A DNA stretch of 64,000 nucleotides from an uncultured Acidimicrobiaceae bacterium (GTDB lineage Bacteria; Actinomycetota; Acidimicrobiia; Acidimicrobiales; Ilumatobacteraceae). The notes beneath the pieces are model-generated. The model searched no databases. It was not told where the DNA came from and saw only the letters and a program-made list of their open reading frames with translations. Position numbers and translations under genes: made by a program. The stretch lies in assembly GCA_937897105.1 (NCBI GenBank), contig CALCBR010000043.1, positions 6,021 to 70,020 on the forward strand, in the 5' to 3' direction. Positions 1 to 11,361 of this stretch are shown one piece after another. Each line of letters opens with the position of its first letter. The first letter of the stretch is position 1.

Positions 1-2636
1 CTCTCGGCTACATCGGCACCGACGTGTTTTCTCGTTTCAAACGAATGACTCAACACAACGTGCTGTACACGATGGGATTTGATGCATTCGGACTTCCCGC
101 CGAGCAATATGCAGTGCAGACCGGCCAGCATCCGGCAATTACCACCGACGACAACGTCGCCAACATGCGTCGTCAGCTTCGCCGCCTCGGACTCAGCCAC
201 GACCGTCGTCGGTCGATCTCTACGACAGACCCTGACTACTACCGCTGGACCCAATGGATCTTCACTCAGATCTTCAACTCGTGGTACGACACCGACCTCG
301 AGCGGGCTCGACCGATCAGCGAACTCATCGACGAGTTCGAATCTGGAACGCGCTCACCTTCCAACGGTCGGGTCTGGGCTGAAATGACCGAACCCGAGCG
401 TCGCTCCTGTCTCGACGAGTACCGCCTCGCCTACGTAAGCGAAGCACCAGTGAACTGGTGCCCTGGTCTCGGCACCGTCGTTGCGAATGAAGAAGTCACA
501 GCAGACGGCCGAAGCGATCGCGGAAATTTCCCGGTGTTTAAACGCAATATGCGCCAGTGGATGATGCGCATCACGACCTATGCCGACCGACTGATCGATG
601 ATCTTGAGCTTCTTGACTGGTCAGACGCGATCAAAACGATGCAACGAAATTGGATCGGCCGGAGCCATGGCGCCCACGTCAACTTCAACTCTGCCGCTGG
701 CCCCATCACCGTGTTCACGACGAGACCTGACACCTTGTTCGGAGCAACATTCATGGTCCTCGCTCCAGAGCATCCTTTTGTCGATCAACTCACGACCGCT
801 GACCAAGCCGAATCGGTAGCCGCCTACCGCGCTCAAGCAGCTGCAAAAAATGACATCGATCGCCAAGACGACACGCGCGAAAAAACCGGAGTCTTCACGG
901 GCGCCACCGCCACCAACCCGCTCACCGGCGAAGAAATCCCTGTGTGGATTGCCGACTACGTCCTCATGGGATATGGAACGGGAGCCATCATGGCGGTTCC
1001 GTGCGGAGACCAGCGAGACTTTGAATTCGCTCGCGCATTCGACCTATCGATCCCTGCAATTCAGCAGCCACCGAGCGACTGGTTCGCGGAGCGCGACATC
1101 GAACCAACACTCGATACCTCAATGTGGCCAGAAGCGTTTGTGGGGAATGCCCCATATGTGAACTCGGCAAACGACTCCCTCGATCTCAACGGAATCACTT
1201 CTGTGAGCGAGGCTGTTGCAACGACCAATAGATGGCTTGAAGAGCACGAACGTGGTGAAGCAACCATCAACTACAAACTTCGCGACTGGCTCTTCAGTCG
1301 TCAGCGCTACTGGGGAGAACCCTTCCCCGTCGTCTACGACGAACACGGCAACGCACACACCCTTCCTGACGACATGCTCCCCGTCGTGCTGCCGGAGACC
1401 GACTCGTTCAGTCCTCGAACGTTCGACGCTGATGATGAACACAGCGACCCTGAAAGCCCGCTCGATCGTCTCAGTGACTGGGTTGAACTGCAACTCGACC
1501 TCGGCGATGGACTAAAGACATACCGTCGAGATACCAACGTCATGCCACAGTGGGCAGGCTCGTGTTGGTACGAACTTCGTTACCTCGACCCAACGAACGA
1601 TGACCGCTTTGTCGACCCTGAGGTTGAGAGCTACTGGATGGGGCCACGAACCGACCTCCGTCCTGACCACCCGGGAGGCGTTGATCTCTACGTTGGCGGA
1701 GTGGAGCACGCAGTTCTGCACCTGCTGTACGCACGCTTCTGGCACAAGGTGCTCTACGACCTCGGCCACGTGAGTTCGAAAGAGCCCTACGCACGCCTCT
1801 TCAACCAGGGCTACATCCTCGCCAATGCATTCAAAGATGAGCGCGGCATTTACGTTGATGCGTTCTCGGTTGAAGAGCGAGATGGCGCCTTTTACTTCGA
1901 AGGCGATGAGGTCACTCGTGAGTGGGGAAAGATGGGTAAGAGCCTCAAAAACGCAGTCTCCCCCGACGAGATGTACGAGGCGTATGGCGCCGACACACTC
2001 CGGCTGTACGAAATGGCGATGGGGCCGCTCGACGCAAGCAGACCATGGGAAACCCGCGATGTCGTCGGCATGTTCCGCTTCCTCCAGCGCCTCTGGAGAA
2101 CAATGGTGGTCGAAGAGACTGGCGAATTGCGCACACTGGCCGACAGCACAGATGACAAGACCCGCCGGCTTCTTCATCGAACAATCGATGTCGTTCGAAC
2201 CGAAATGGAAGCACTTCGGTTTAACACTGCGATCGCAAAACTCATCGAACTCAACAATCACGTCACGAAGGTGATCAATGCAACGAATGAAATTCCTCGT
2301 GAAGTTGCAGAATCGATGGTGCTCATGGTCGCGCCGCTCGTGCCGCACATCGCTGAAGAGCTCTGGAGCAAACTTGGCAACACCGAATCGCTGACATACG
2401 CCAAGTTCCCATCTGCCGACCCGGCGCTGCTCGTCGACGATGAAGTCGAGATGCCGGTGCAAGTACGAGGAAAGGTTCGCACCCGGATCATGGTCCCCGC
2501 CAATGCCGATGAGAAAGCAATCACCGACATCGTGCTCGGTGATGAACGCGTCATCGCCGCACTCGATGGGGCTGATCCGTCAACGCTGAAAAAGATCATC
2601 GTTGTTCCTGGGCGAATGGTGAACCTCGTTCCTTGA
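1..2636 (+). CDS. leuS: Leucyl-tRNA synthetase, 5'-truncated by window edge
   Basis: 870-aa ORF open to the window edge. Class I aaRS body with editing-domain insertion and KMSKS-type motif KMGKSLKN. The HIGH region must lie upstream of the window. Confidence 0.95.
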   Translation, partial: LGYIGTDVFSRFKRMTQHNVLYTMGFDAFGLPAEQYAVQTGQHPAITTDDNVANMRRQLRRLGLSHDRRRSISTTDPDYYRWTQWIFTQIFNSWYDTDLERARPISELIDEFESGTRSPSNGRVWAEMTEPERRSCLDEYRLAYVSEAPVNWCPGLGTVVANEEVTADGRSDRGNFPVFKRNMRQWMMRITTYADRLIDDLELLDWSDAIKTMQRNWIGRSHGAHVNFNSAAGPITVFTTRPDTLFGATFMVLAPEHPFVDQLTTADQAESVAAYRAQAAAKNDIDRQDDTREKTGVFTGATATNPLTGEEIPVWIADYVLMGYGTGAIMAVPCGDQRDFEFARAFDLSIPAIQQPPSDWFAERDIEPTLDTSMWPEAFVGNAPYVNSANDSLDLNGITSVSEAVATTNRWLEEHERGEATINYKLRDWLFSRQRYWGEPFPVVYDEHGNAHTLPDDMLPVVLPETDSFSPRTFDADDEHSDPESPLDRLSDWVELQLDLGDGLKTYRRDTNVMPQWAGSCWYELRYLDPTNDDRFVDPEVESYWMGPRTDLRPDHPGGVDLYVGGVEHAVLHLLYARFWHKVLYDLGHVSSKEPYARLFNQGYILANAFKDERGIYVDAFSVEERDGAFYFEGDEVTREWGKMGKSLKNAVSPDEMYEAYGADTLRLYEMAMGPLDASRPWETRDVVGMFRFLQRLWRTMVVEETGELRTLADSTDDKTRRLLHRTIDVVRTEMEALRFNTAIAKLIELNNHVTKVINATNEIPREVAESMVLMVAPLVPHIAEELWSKLGNTESLTYAKFPSADPALLVDDEVEMPVQVRGKVRTRIMVPANADEKAITDIVLGDERVIAALDGADPSTLKKIIVVPGRMVNLVP

Positions 2637-2701
2637 GATGAGGCTCGGCGCCTCTGGTGTCCAACGGAAGCCAGTACGACTCTGCTGAGTAGTTTCAAGG
2701 A

Positions 2702-3427
2702 ATGGCAGGAAAACGATTTCTCATCACCGGAGCCTCACGGGGTATCGGTTTCGCGACCGCTCAACAAATGGCCAACAACGGCGACGTTCCGATCGGCCTG
2801 GCCCGAACGCAACCCGACGACTTCCCTGGCGAATTTTTCTCGGTCGATCTCTCCGACCGCTCCTCGACTCAGTCAGTGCTCGATGAGGTTCTCGCTGCCG
2901 GCGCTATCGACGGCGTACTCAACAACGTTGGCATCGTTCGACCAGGGAACATTGGCGAGATCGACCTTGACGATTGGGCAGACGTTCAAGACATCACCGT
3001 CCGCTCAGCCATTCAAACCGTTCAGGCGGCAATGCCAGGAATGGTCGAGCGCAAGTGGGGCCGCGTTGTCAATATCTCGAGCGTTGTGTCGCTCGGGGGC
3101 GTCGTCGGACGATCGTCCTATGGCTCTTCCAAGGCCTCGTTGGAGCATCTCACCCGCATGTGGGCACTCGAACTTGCCCAACACGGCATCACTGTCAACG
3201 ACGTTGCGCCAGGCCCAGTCAGCACCGAACTGTTCCGGGAAAACAACCCGCCAGGTTCACCGGGTGAAGCGCGGTACCTCTCGATGGTTCCCCTCGGAAA
3301 GCTCGGCACAGTCGAAGACATTTCTTCAGCGGTCTGCTTCTTGATGTCAGAATCTGCCGGTTGGATCACCGGCCAGACCTTACGTGTTGACGGTGGCTCA
3401 TCGATTGGGGCAGCCAGCCTCCTCTGA
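2702..3427 (+). CDS. Short-chain dehydrogenase/reductase (classical SDR)
   Basis: TGASRGIG Rossmann motif and YGSSKASL (YxxxK) catalytic motif; 241 aa. Confidence 0.85.
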   Translation: MAGKRFLITGASRGIGFATAQQMANNGDVPIGLARTQPDDFPGEFFSVDLSDRSSTQSVLDEVLAAGAIDGVLNNVGIVRPGNIGEIDLDDWADVQDITVRSAIQTVQAAMPGMVERKWGRVVNISSVVSLGGVVGRSSYGSSKASLEHLTRMWALELAQHGITVNDVAPGPVSTELFRENNPPGSPGEARYLSMVPLGKLGTVEDISSAVCFLMSESAGWITGQTLRVDGGSSIGAASLL

Positions 3428-3456
3428 CCACCGCTTGTATCGCTCACTCCCGTGAT

Positions 3457-4509
3457 TCAGGCGGGTTGAACAACGATCTCACTCGCTTTAACCGAGGCCC
3501 ATACTTCGCCGTCGGGCTCCGTTGCCAACGCATCGAAACCAGCTGGAGTGACCTCGACCGCAATTGGAAGTGGTGTGCCTAACTGCACGCGAACCCTGCC
3601 GTCAGATCGGTCAACAGCATCGATAGTGGTACGCCACACATTTCGAGGACTCCCCTCAGGGCGCTCTCGGTGAAGCGATACCGAGCGGGGCCTAACGATC
3701 GCAATGACATCTCCGTCATCAACTCCGTGAGCTCCGACGGTAAGCGACATCGTCCCCAGCGAAAGTTCGTCCCCTCGCAGTTGTCCCGATAGCGGGTTGA
3801 GACCGAGTATCTCGGCGACGAAATGCGATCGAGGTGTCGCAAGCACCTCGCTCGGCGTTCCTATCTGTACAACAGAGCCAGCTTCGACAACAACGATTCG
3901 ATCGGCCAGCGTCAGGGCCTCGACAGCGTCGTGAGTGACGATGAGCCGGGCCATCGATGATGAGCGCATCGAAGAGAACAACCTGCGGGCATGGGCTCGA
4001 GCGCTGGCGTCGAGTGCAGCGAATGGCTCGTCGAACAACATGACGGTGGGTTCGGTTGCGAGCGCTCGAGCGATTGCAACCGTTTGAGCCTCTCCTCCCG
4101 ACAATGACGACGGCATCCGCTCTACAAGGTCGCTGCCACCAACAACATCGAGCACTTCTTGTGCCCGCTCACGAGCACGTCGCCGGCGTACCCCACGGGC
4201 ACGCAAACCGAATGCGACATTGTCGCCGACCGTCAGGTGCTCGATGAGCGCATAGTCCTGAAAGACGTACGCGAGGGGGCGTTGCTCTGGCGGAAAGAAC
4301 TCACCTGACGACGCATCGTCCCACACGACCCCATCCCAGGAAATCCGCCCCTCATCGGCCGAGATGAGGCCTGCTACAACTCGTAACAGCGAGGTCTTAC
4401 CGGCGCCGTTTGGGCCGACGATGGCAACCGTTTCTCCTGCGGCGACGGTGAACTGCACATCGAGTTGCGTGGCACCGATACGTCGTCTGACGTCGATCGA
4501 GAGGCTCAC
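3457..4509 (-). CDS. modC: Molybdate ABC transporter ATP-binding protein
   Basis: Walker A GPNGAGKT, signature LSGGEAQ, and a C-terminal TOBE-like extension. 4-bp overlap with the upstream permease gene. Confidence 0.8.
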   Translation of the reverse strand: MSLSIDVRRRIGATQLDVQFTVAAGETVAIVGPNGAGKTSLLRVVAGLISADEGRISWDGVVWDDASSGEFFPPEQRPLAYVFQDYALIEHLTVGDNVAFGLRARGVRRRRARERAQEVLDVVGGSDLVERMPSSLSGGEAQTVAIARALATEPTVMLFDEPFAALDASARAHARRLFSSMRSSSMARLIVTHDAVEALTLADRIVVVEAGSVVQIGTPSEVLATPRSHFVAEILGLNPLSGQLRGDELSLGTMSLTVGAHGVDDGDVIAIVRPRSVSLHRERPEGSPRNVWRTTIDAVDRSDGRVRVQLGTPLPIAVEVTPAGFDALATEPDGEVWASVKASEIVVQPA

Positions 4510-5318
4510 CTCACACCCCCAATTGCGCCAACCCAGCGCCCGCGCAGGGCCACAAGAATGACAACAGAAATCACAACCATCACCATGCTGATCAACAACG
4601 CATCATCGATGTCTGATTCAAGGGCAAGGTACGTGGCGATCGGAAGGGTTCGCGTCGTGCCCGGAAAATTGCCGGCGAAGGTAATCGTCGCCCCAAATTC
4701 TCCAAGCGCCCGGGCCCAGGTCAGCACGGCTCCAGCAATAATTGCCGGTTGAGTTGCGGGCAATGTCACCCGAGTAAACACGTACCAGGGAGAAGCACCG
4801 AGAGTGCGGGCAGCCTCTTCAACCGTTCTGGCGCTTCGAGCGAAACCAGATTCGACGGTGAGGACAAGAAACGGCATCGCAACAAATAGTTGAGCGATGA
4901 CAACTGCAGGCATGGTGAACGGCAACCGCACGCCGAACCAGTCATCGAGTATCTCGCCGACCACTCCGCGCCGGCCAAGTGATGCAAGTAGAGCGACACC
5001 TGCAACCACCGGAGGAAGCACCATCGACAACGTGCAGAGCGCTCTGATGAACTGACGTCCCGGAATGTTTGAGCGGGCAAGCAACCATGCGAGCGGCACG
5101 CCCAACACAATCGCAAGAACCGTGGTGATCACACTTGTGAGCACAGACAGGGTCAACGCCTCCGTGGTTGCGTCATCTGTGATCACGTCAGACAACGACG
5201 ACCACGGCACGCGGATGACGAGAGCCACGATCGGTACGACAAAAAATGCGACCGCGAGCCATCCGAGAACAGCAAGGGCGATTGGCACCCGGGCCTCGTG
5301 ACGTTGCTGGCGACTCAT
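4506..5318 (-). CDS. modB: Molybdate ABC transporter permease
   Basis: Multi-TM ABC permease (CysT/ModB type). Translationally coupled to modA and modC by 4-bp overlaps. Confidence 0.8.
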   Translation of the reverse strand: MSRQQRHEARVPIALAVLGWLAVAFFVVPIVALVIRVPWSSLSDVITDDATTEALTLSVLTSVITTVLAIVLGVPLAWLLARSNIPGRQFIRALCTLSMVLPPVVAGVALLASLGRRGVVGEILDDWFGVRLPFTMPAVVIAQLFVAMPFLVLTVESGFARSARTVEEAARTLGASPWYVFTRVTLPATQPAIIAGAVLTWARALGEFGATITFAGNFPGTTRTLPIATYLALESDIDDALLISMVMVVISVVILVALRGRWVGAIGGVR

Positions 5319-6043
5319 GGAAGTAGGAACCCCCGGTTGGCCAGTGCAGAGCGGCCAGCATCGCGCGTCAAGAACTCGATGAGATCTTTTCCTGCTCCCG
5401 ACCCTCCTGTGAGATCAAGCGCGACATATTCCACGTTGACTGCCTCGGCTTCAGGAATCACGACACTGTCAACATTGCGGGCGCTCGCAGCATCGGTCGC
5501 ATACACGATGCCTGCATCAACTTCACCAAGAGCGACCTTTGCCAGCACTCCTCTGGCGTCTGCTTCGAACGTCACCGGCGTGACCTCGATGTTGGCTGCG
5601 CTGAGCATCTCCCGAGAATATTCGCCAAGGGGAACACCCGGTGCTGCAAGCGCAACGAGCACATCGCCGCGAGAGAGGTCACCAAGGTCGGCAAGTAAAA
5701 GTGGATTGCCGGCTTCAACCGCAATCACCAACGAGTTACGAGCCACGACCTGAGGCTGCGTGTCGGAAAATCCGGCTCGACGAAGTCGCTCGATCTGTGC
5801 TCGATCAGCCGAGATGAAGACATCGACAGGAGCATCATCGACGATCTGCGCAGCGAGGCTTGCCGAACTCGCGAACGAGAGCGTGACATCTGAGAATGGC
5901 GACGCTTCTGCATCGGCTAATTCGCTCAACACGTCGACGAGCGACGACGCTGCAAAGACGACCGGTTCGCCGTCCGACTGGCTACTCGCACCGCAACCCG
6001 CTAAGACGACTCCGGCAAGGAGAACCCACGCAAAAGGTCGCAC
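5315..6043 (-). CDS. modA: Molybdate-binding periplasmic lipoprotein
   Basis: GTG start, lipobox LAGC, ModA-like VFAASSL motif. First gene of a modABC operon. Confidence 0.8.
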   Translation of the reverse strand: MRPFAWVLLAGVVLAGCGASSQSDGEPVVFAASSLVDVLSELADAEASPFSDVTLSFASSASLAAQIVDDAPVDVFISADRAQIERLRRAGFSDTQPQVVARNSLVIAVEAGNPLLLADLGDLSRGDVLVALAAPGVPLGEYSREMLSAANIEVTPVTFEADARGVLAKVALGEVDAGIVYATDAASARNVDSVVIPEAEAVNVEYVALDLTGGSGAGKDLIEFLTRDAGRSALANRGFLLP

Positions 6044-6133
6044 GAGAGCAACCTACCTTGTCGCCATCTTTTGGGTATGGGTGGCACGACTACGATGAAT
6101 CGAGTTAGTTCAGCAAGTTGCAAGGGGGAACCC

Positions 6134-7771
6134 ATGAGTGCAGATTCGTATACCGCAGGCCCGACCGACGCTCCGCTTATTGAGGAGACCATCGATGCGA
6201 ACTTTCGGGCGACCGTGGCGGCACATCCAGACCGTGAAGCGCTTGTCGTACGGCACCAAGGGGTCCGGTGGTCATACACCGAATTAGATGCCGAGATCGA
6301 CCGTCTCGCCCGTGCACTCTTGGCAAGTGGGCTCGCCGTTGGTGACCGTGTCGCCCTGTGGGCACCCAATCGTTACGAGTGGGTGCTCGCTCAATATGCG
6401 ACGGCCCGCATCGGGGTCATCATGGTGTGCATTAATCCGGCATACCGAACTCATGAACTTGAGTTTGCTCTCAACCAGTCGGGCTCGGTCATGTTGCTCG
6501 CAGCGCCAGAATTTAAGACGAGCAACTACCGGCAAATGTGGGCTGATGTCGCTGAACAATGCCCCGAGATTCGTGAAGCGATCTTCTTTGATGACCCAAC
6601 ATGGGATGCACTTCTCGAGCGTGCTGAGAAGGTCACGAGTGACGAAGTGAAAGAGCGTTCTGAGAGTTTGGTGAATACCGATCCCATCAACATTCAATAC
6701 ACCTCTGGCACCACGGGTTTGCCTAAGGGCGCAACACTTACTCACCGCAACATTCTCAATAACGGCTACTTCGTTGGTGAGGGCTGTGGGTACACCGAAC
6801 ACGACCGAGTCTGCATTCCAGTGCCGTTCTACCACTGCTTCGGAATGGTGATGGGCAACCTTGGCTGCACCAGCCACGGCTCGACAATGGTCATTCCGAA
6901 TGACGCGTTTGAGCCGGTGTCGGTTCTTGAAGCGGTACAAGACGAAAAGTGCACCTCGCTCTATGGAGTGCCGACAATGTTCATCGCTGAGCTTGGTGTT
7001 CCAGAATTTGAGTCGTACGACCTTTCGAGCTTGCGGACGGGAATTATGGCTGGCTCTCCATGCCCTGTTGAAGTCATGAAGCAGGTCATCGAACGAATGA
7101 ACATGGACGAAGTCACCATCGCCTACGGAATGACCGAAACGTCACCCGTATCAACACAGACCGGCGCCGATGACTCGATCGACCAACGGGTTGGTTCTGT
7201 TGGGCGCGTGCACCCTCATGTCGAAATCAGAGTTGCCGACCCAGAAACCGGTGAAACGGTTGCTCGCGGAGAATCGGGAGAATTCCAGACCCGCGGATAT
7301 TCGGTGATGGAGGGCTACTGGAACGAAGAAGAAAAAACCGCCCAAGCGATCGATGCCGAAGGTTGGATGCATACTGGCGACCTCGCAGTGATGGATGTAG
7401 ACGGATACGTCAACATCACCGGCCGCATTAAAGACCTCATTATTCGTGGCGGAGAAAACATCTCGCCGCGAGAAATCGAGGAATTCTTGTACGGCCACCC
7501 TGACATCATTGACGTCCAGGTGGTTGGTGTGCCCGATGAGAAGTTTGGTGAAGAGGTGTGTGCGTTTATCCAAGCCCGAGATGGGGCCTCTGTCGATACC
7601 GATGCCGTTCGTGAGTTTTGTCAGGGCAAGATCGCCCACTACAAGGTTCCGCGATATGTGCTCAGCATCGAAGACTTCCCGATGACGGTGACCGGCAAAA
7701 TTCAGAAATATCTTCTGCGTGATGCTGCGGTTGAGCAACTTGGCCTGAGCGGGTTCGGCACAACCGCGTAA
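6134..7771 (+). CDS. AMP-dependent acyl-CoA synthetase/ligase
   Basis: AMP-binding motif [14 protein letters not shown] at 6134 is preferred over 6071 because an AAGGGGGA Shine-Dalgarno lies just upstream. Confidence 0.85.
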   Translation: MSADSYTAGPTDAPLIEETIDANFRATVAAHPDREALVVRHQGVRWSYTELDAEIDRLARALLASGLAVGDRVALWAPNRYEWVLAQYATARIGVIMVCINPAYRTHELEFALNQSGSVMLLAAPEFKTSNYRQMWADVAEQCPEIREAIFFDDPTWDALLERAEKVTSDEVKERSESLVNTDPINIQYTSGTTGLPKGATLTHRNILNNGYFVGEGCGYTEHDRVCIPVPFYHCFGMVMGNLGCTSHGSTMVIPNDAFEPVSVLEAVQDEKCTSLYGVPTMFIAELGVPEFESYDLSSLRTGIMAGSPCPVEVMKQVIERMNMDEVTIAYGMTETSPVSTQTGADDSIDQRVGSVGRVHPHVEIRVADPETGETVARGESGEFQTRGYSVMEGYWNEEEKTAQAIDAEGWMHTGDLAVMDVDGYVNITGRIKDLIIRGGENISPREIEEFLYGHPDIIDVQVVGVPDEKFGEEVCAFIQARDGASVDTDAVREFCQGKIAHYKVPRYVLSIEDFPMTVTGKIQKYLLRDAAVEQLGLSGFGTTA

Positions 7772-7900
7772 GCCAATAGAACGCTGACGACAGCCAGTGC
7801 GAGGTCCGGTACCTTTCGTGTGTCGGCACTACCGGCATGGCCTCGCAAGAACGAGCCCTGACATGATTGCAGCGACGAGGCCAAAGGAGAGGTAAGCGCA

Positions 7901-8716
7901 ATGTCTACATGGGGATCTGCACAAGTTGTTGGTGATATCGCGATTGCGCCTGTCTTCGATGGGCGGGCCTTTGAGAACCCACGCGAAGTTCTGCTGCGAC
8001 CGACATTTAACGGTGACCCATGGGCCCACCATGGCGGCCTTCTCAACGCCGAGGGGCAACTCGAATTGACGATGGGTGCGTACCTCATTCGCACCGGCGA
8101 TCGCCTCATACTCGTCGACGCCGGAGTTGGAATGATCAATAACGGCCAATACCAAGGTGGCGGGCTACTCACCAGCCTTCTTGAACTCGGCGTCGAACCA
8201 TCTGACATCACCGATGTGATCCTCACTCACCTCCACTTTGATCATGTCGGCTGGGCGACACAACAAGGTGCCATCGTGTTTCCGAACGCGACGTACCGTT
8301 GCCACTCTGCAGACTGGCAGCACTTCATCGAGAGCGATACTGCCGATGATCGAGCGATTCGAAAATTGTCACCGATCGCACCACGCCTCGAACTATTCGA
8401 CACTGACCACACCGTCGCCACCGGGGTCGATGTGCGCCATGCCCCGGGGCACACGCCGGGGTCAGTCATCGTCATCATCTCGAGCGGTGACGATCGAGCA
8501 ATGCTCATCGGCGACATTGCACACTGCCCGGCGGAACTCACCGAAAACGATTGGGAGGCAGTGTTTGACGTCGATCGAGATCTTGCCCGTCGCACGCGGG
8601 AAGCGCTTGCGGCCGAACTCGAAGGTTCAACGACGTTGGTCGGAGCGGCGCACTTCCCGGGACTGCAATTTGGCCGACTGCTCACCGGCGAGGGTCAACG
8701 CTCGTGGATGCTCTGA
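7901..8716 (+). CDS. Metallo-beta-lactamase-fold hydrolase (lactonase-like)
   Basis: HLHFDHVGW (HxHxDH) zinc motif; AAAGGAGAGG ribosome-binding site upstream. Confidence 0.8.
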   Translation: MSTWGSAQVVGDIAIAPVFDGRAFENPREVLLRPTFNGDPWAHHGGLLNAEGQLELTMGAYLIRTGDRLILVDAGVGMINNGQYQGGGLLTSLLELGVEPSDITDVILTHLHFDHVGWATQQGAIVFPNATYRCHSADWQHFIESDTADDRAIRKLSPIAPRLELFDTDHTVATGVDVRHAPGHTPGSVIVIISSGDDRAMLIGDIAHCPAELTENDWEAVFDVDRDLARRTREALAAELEGSTTLVGAAHFPGLQFGRLLTGEGQRSWML

Positions 8717-8832
8717 TATCCACAAGACTGACCTCGACCACGTCCGACAAACTGCACACCTCACTGAGTGCTCCGTGTGAGATTCCTCACACCAGGTGAC
8801 GCCCAATTCTGAACAGCACTACCATCTGAACC

Positions 8833-9702
8833 GTGGCCACAGGTATCCGCTGCCCGTCATGCGGCGACGTTCATCACCTTGCGCCACCGATTCTGTTGAT
8901 GATCTGCTCATGTGGAGAAAAGCTTCGTCACCCCGGTCATGGCGGCTCAGCTTCTCATTCACAACAAGGGGCTGATCTCTACGAGGTGCTTGGCGTCGAC
9001 CGGTCAGCGTCAGCAGACGATCTCCGAGCGGCATATCGACAACGCGCCCGTGAAACCCACCCTGATGCAGGTGGTGCACCTGGTGAATTTCAGGCCGTTC
9101 AAGCAGCATGGGAGGTGCTTGGTGACGAAGAGCGTCGGCGGCGCTACGACCGCTCTGGCACTACCCATCGGGCGGGGGCCCAATCACGAAGCGTGCCTGA
9201 CATTCTTGATGTCTCCGTCATTGTTGCGGTGCGACGCCTCGTCTCAGCAGGTTTCGCCCCGCGCCTGATGCTTGTACCTCCCCCACACGACCAACTCGCG
9301 GGCATCGTCGTTGGGCAGAGCCCTGCACCGGGTGGCCAACATGTCGTTGGGGCGATGGTTGATGTTGTGATCGCCGGCTCCGATGCTGGGGTCATCTTGA
9401 CGGGCGTCAAACGTGACGCTCAGCGAGTGGGCGAAGATTTGAAAGATTCTGCAGTTGCGTCCGCAGCATCAGCTGTTCGAGGCGTACAAACATTCACAAA
9501 ATGGCTACTTCGACTCGTTGCGATCGTCATTGCAATGGCGGTCGTCATTGCGACATCGATCATCGTTGGCGTCTACCGCCCTCTCGTCGGACTCACCATC
9601 TTGCTTTTGGGGTCGGCCATTGTCGTGCTGTGGGTGCAGCGATCATCGAAACGACGTCGCACTCAGCAACCAGATGCAGGTACGTCGTTACGCGTTCGAT
9701 GA
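8833..9702 (+). CDS. Membrane-anchored J-domain protein with zinc-ribbon-like N-terminus and PASTA-like module
   Basis: GTG start. CxxC...CxC at aa 7-27. J domain aa 48-107 with HPD (THPDAG). PASTA-like segment aa 120-182. Two hydrophobic helices aa 224-268 followed by KRRR. Confidence 0.75.
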   Translation: MATGIRCPSCGDVHHLAPPILLMICSCGEKLRHPGHGGSASHSQQGADLYEVLGVDRSASADDLRAAYRQRARETHPDAGGAPGEFQAVQAAWEVLGDEERRRRYDRSGTTHRAGAQSRSVPDILDVSVIVAVRRLVSAGFAPRLMLVPPPHDQLAGIVVGQSPAPGGQHVVGAMVDVVIAGSDAGVILTGVKRDAQRVGEDLKDSAVASAASAVRGVQTFTKWLLRLVAIVIAMAVVIATSIIVGVYRPLVGLTILLLGSAIVVLWVQRSSKRRRTQQPDAGTSLRVR

Positions 9703-10590
9703 CGGATCTGTCATCGGAAGTGAGTCATCGCGACTCCACTCCATCAAACTCCCGTCATACACCCGAACCCCGTCCTGCCCGGTGAGGGCAAGAGCAAACG
9801 CGACCACCGTCGCCGCTATCGCCCCACCGCAATAGGAGATGATCGGATGCTCACGATCAATTGCGGCCAGACGCTCCTCGAGAATGTCTGCCGGCCAGAA
9901 CGCAGATGTTTCACCGTCGACGAGCGACCGGAACGGAACATTGGTAGCGCCCGTGATGTGTCCCCGCCGAGGACCATAACCATCGTCAACTCCGTTGAAG
10001 TTGTCTGCCGGGAGCGCGTCGATCACACATGCCCCTCCTCCATTAATTGCGGCCAACACATCTTCTTTTGTTGCTCTGGCTTCGAGCCCTCTCACGCTGA
10101 CGGAGATGTCGCCACGTTCTGCGGTTACCGGCCCTGTTTCAAGAGGCCGGCCCGAGGCCACCCAACCCTCTACGCCGCCGTGCAGAATGGCAACGTCGAC
10201 CCCCATGTGATGCAGCGTCCACCACGCCCTGGTGCACCACATCGTCCCTGAGTCAATTTCAGGTCGGGGTGTTGAGGCAACCAAGACCACTTTGTCGCCT
10301 TCGTTCACTCCCACCTGACGAAGTTGCTCAGTGACGTGCTCAGGTGACGGCCACATCCACGGGAGATCTTCCGCTTGGTCAGATAACGCCCCTTTTGCTG
10401 AAGGGACATCGAAAAACACCGAACCAGGGATATGGCCCTCATTAAAGCAGCGCTCCTCAGCGGCATTGTCGAGTGAGCCGGTGAGGCGCGCGGTGACATC
10501 GAGCACACTGACACCACCTGACGCAAGTAAGCCATCGAGTTCATCGACAGTGACAAGAAATTCGGGGTGTGCGTAACTTGGGTTCGACAT
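9688..10590 (-). CDS. Rhodanese-family sulfurtransferase (thiosulfate/3-mercaptopyruvate type, two rhodanese domains)
   Basis: Tandem rhodanese architecture of 300 aa, with active-site Cys in SYCGGAIAA. The 3' end overlaps the convergent J-domain gene by 15 bp. Confidence 0.8.
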   Translation of the reverse strand: MSNPSYAHPEFLVTVDELDGLLASGGVSVLDVTARLTGSLDNAAEERCFNEGHIPGSVFFDVPSAKGALSDQAEDLPWMWPSPEHVTEQLRQVGVNEGDKVVLVASTPRPEIDSGTMWCTRAWWTLHHMGVDVAILHGGVEGWVASGRPLETGPVTAERGDISVSVRGLEARATKEDVLAAINGGGACVIDALPADNFNGVDDGYGPRRGHITGATNVPFRSLVDGETSAFWPADILEERLAAIDREHPIISYCGGAIAATVVAFALALTGQDGVRVYDGSLMEWSRDDSLPMTDPSSNA

Positions 10591-10602
10591 GGCGCATGCT
10601 CC

Positions 10603-11361
10603 TTACTGCAGGCCGTGGGCAGCACCACCGTCGAGTGGAATTGCTGCTCCTGTGATGAATTTGGCGGAATCTGAACAGATGAATGCGGCAACTCGACCAA
10701 AGTCGTCTGCGTCACCGATGATGCCAGCAGGAATCGCTGCGGCTGTATCTGCGAGGTTGTCGTGCAGTGCCTCCAAGCGGGGTGTGCGATGCAGTCCGGG
10801 CTGTAACGAGTTGACCGTGACACCGTCTGATGCGACTTCACGAGCGAGTGTCTTCAAAAATCCTGTCACTCCCGCTCTTGCGGTATTCGACAAAATGAGC
10901 GTGCCGATCGGTTCTCGCACTGACAGCGACGTAATCGCCACGACACGACCCCACTTGCGTTGCTGCATTGCCGGAACAAGCGCTGAGCACATCGCAACAG
11001 TCGACACCAGGTTCAACTGCAATGCCTCGCCATACGCATCGAGGCTGGTCGATGCAAAGTTGCCGGGGGGAGGGCCACCGGCATTTGCGATAAGGATGTC
11101 AACACCTCCCATGACATCTTCTGCGGTTGCAGCCATCGACGCAACCGCCTCGTTGCTGGTGACATCGGCAGGAATGATGTGAACGACAGCAGATGGCACG
11201 AGCGAGATGATTTCTGATTTCGCAGCGGCAAGCTTCTCTTGCGACCGAGAAGCAATTGCTACCTCGGCGCCCTCTTGCGCAAGAGCGAGAGCGGTGCTCT
11301 TTCCGAGACCGGTTGATGCACCGGTGACAAGGGCGCGTCGTCCAGAAAGTTTGAGATCCAT
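10603..11361 (-). CDS. SDR-family oxidoreductase, atypical (no canonical YxxxK)
   Basis: TGASTGLG and NAGG motifs are present, but S-N-T-A-R sits where YxxxK is expected (13 and 17 residues after the ITS serine). Start taken at MDLKLSG, overlapping the Dabb stop as TAATG. Confidence 0.7.
   Translation of the reverse strand: MDLKLSGRRALVTGASTGLGKSTALALAQEGAEVAIASRSQEKLAAAKSEIISLVPSAVVHIIPADVTSNEAVASMAATAEDVMGGVDILIANAGGPPPGNFASTSLDAYGEALQLNLVSTVAMCSALVPAMQQRKWGRVVAITSLSVREPIGTLILSNTARAGVTGFLKTLAREVASDGVTVNSLQPGLHRTPRLEALHDNLADTAAAIPAGIIGDADDFGRVAAFICSDSAKFITGAAIPLDGGAAHGLQ

Noticed and set aside
1512-2462. A 316-aa ORF antisense to leuS. Similar long antisense or alternate-frame ORFs occur elsewhere: 6284-6940, 7151-7738, 10589-11182, 11557-12243, 29783-30382, 37394-38014, 44387-44935, 47394-48149, 53932-54567, 56086-56604, 56629-57153 and 61380-61934.
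   Set aside because: Each lies entirely inside a strongly supported gene on the opposite strand or in another frame. Their translations are Arg/Ser/Pro/Ala/Gly-rich with no recognisable motifs, which is the usual stop-codon-poor artefact of GC-rich DNA.
9688-9702. Convergent genes overlapping at their 3' ends: J-domain gene with the rhodanese gene (15 bp), leuD with the lipoprotein gene at 46317-46320, and the membrane-protein gene with ligA at 58178-58181.
   Set aside because: Overlapping stops (CTAA, CTAG) are common in compact GC-rich genomes. I see no conserved structure or extra signal in the overlaps, so I note this only as genome compaction.
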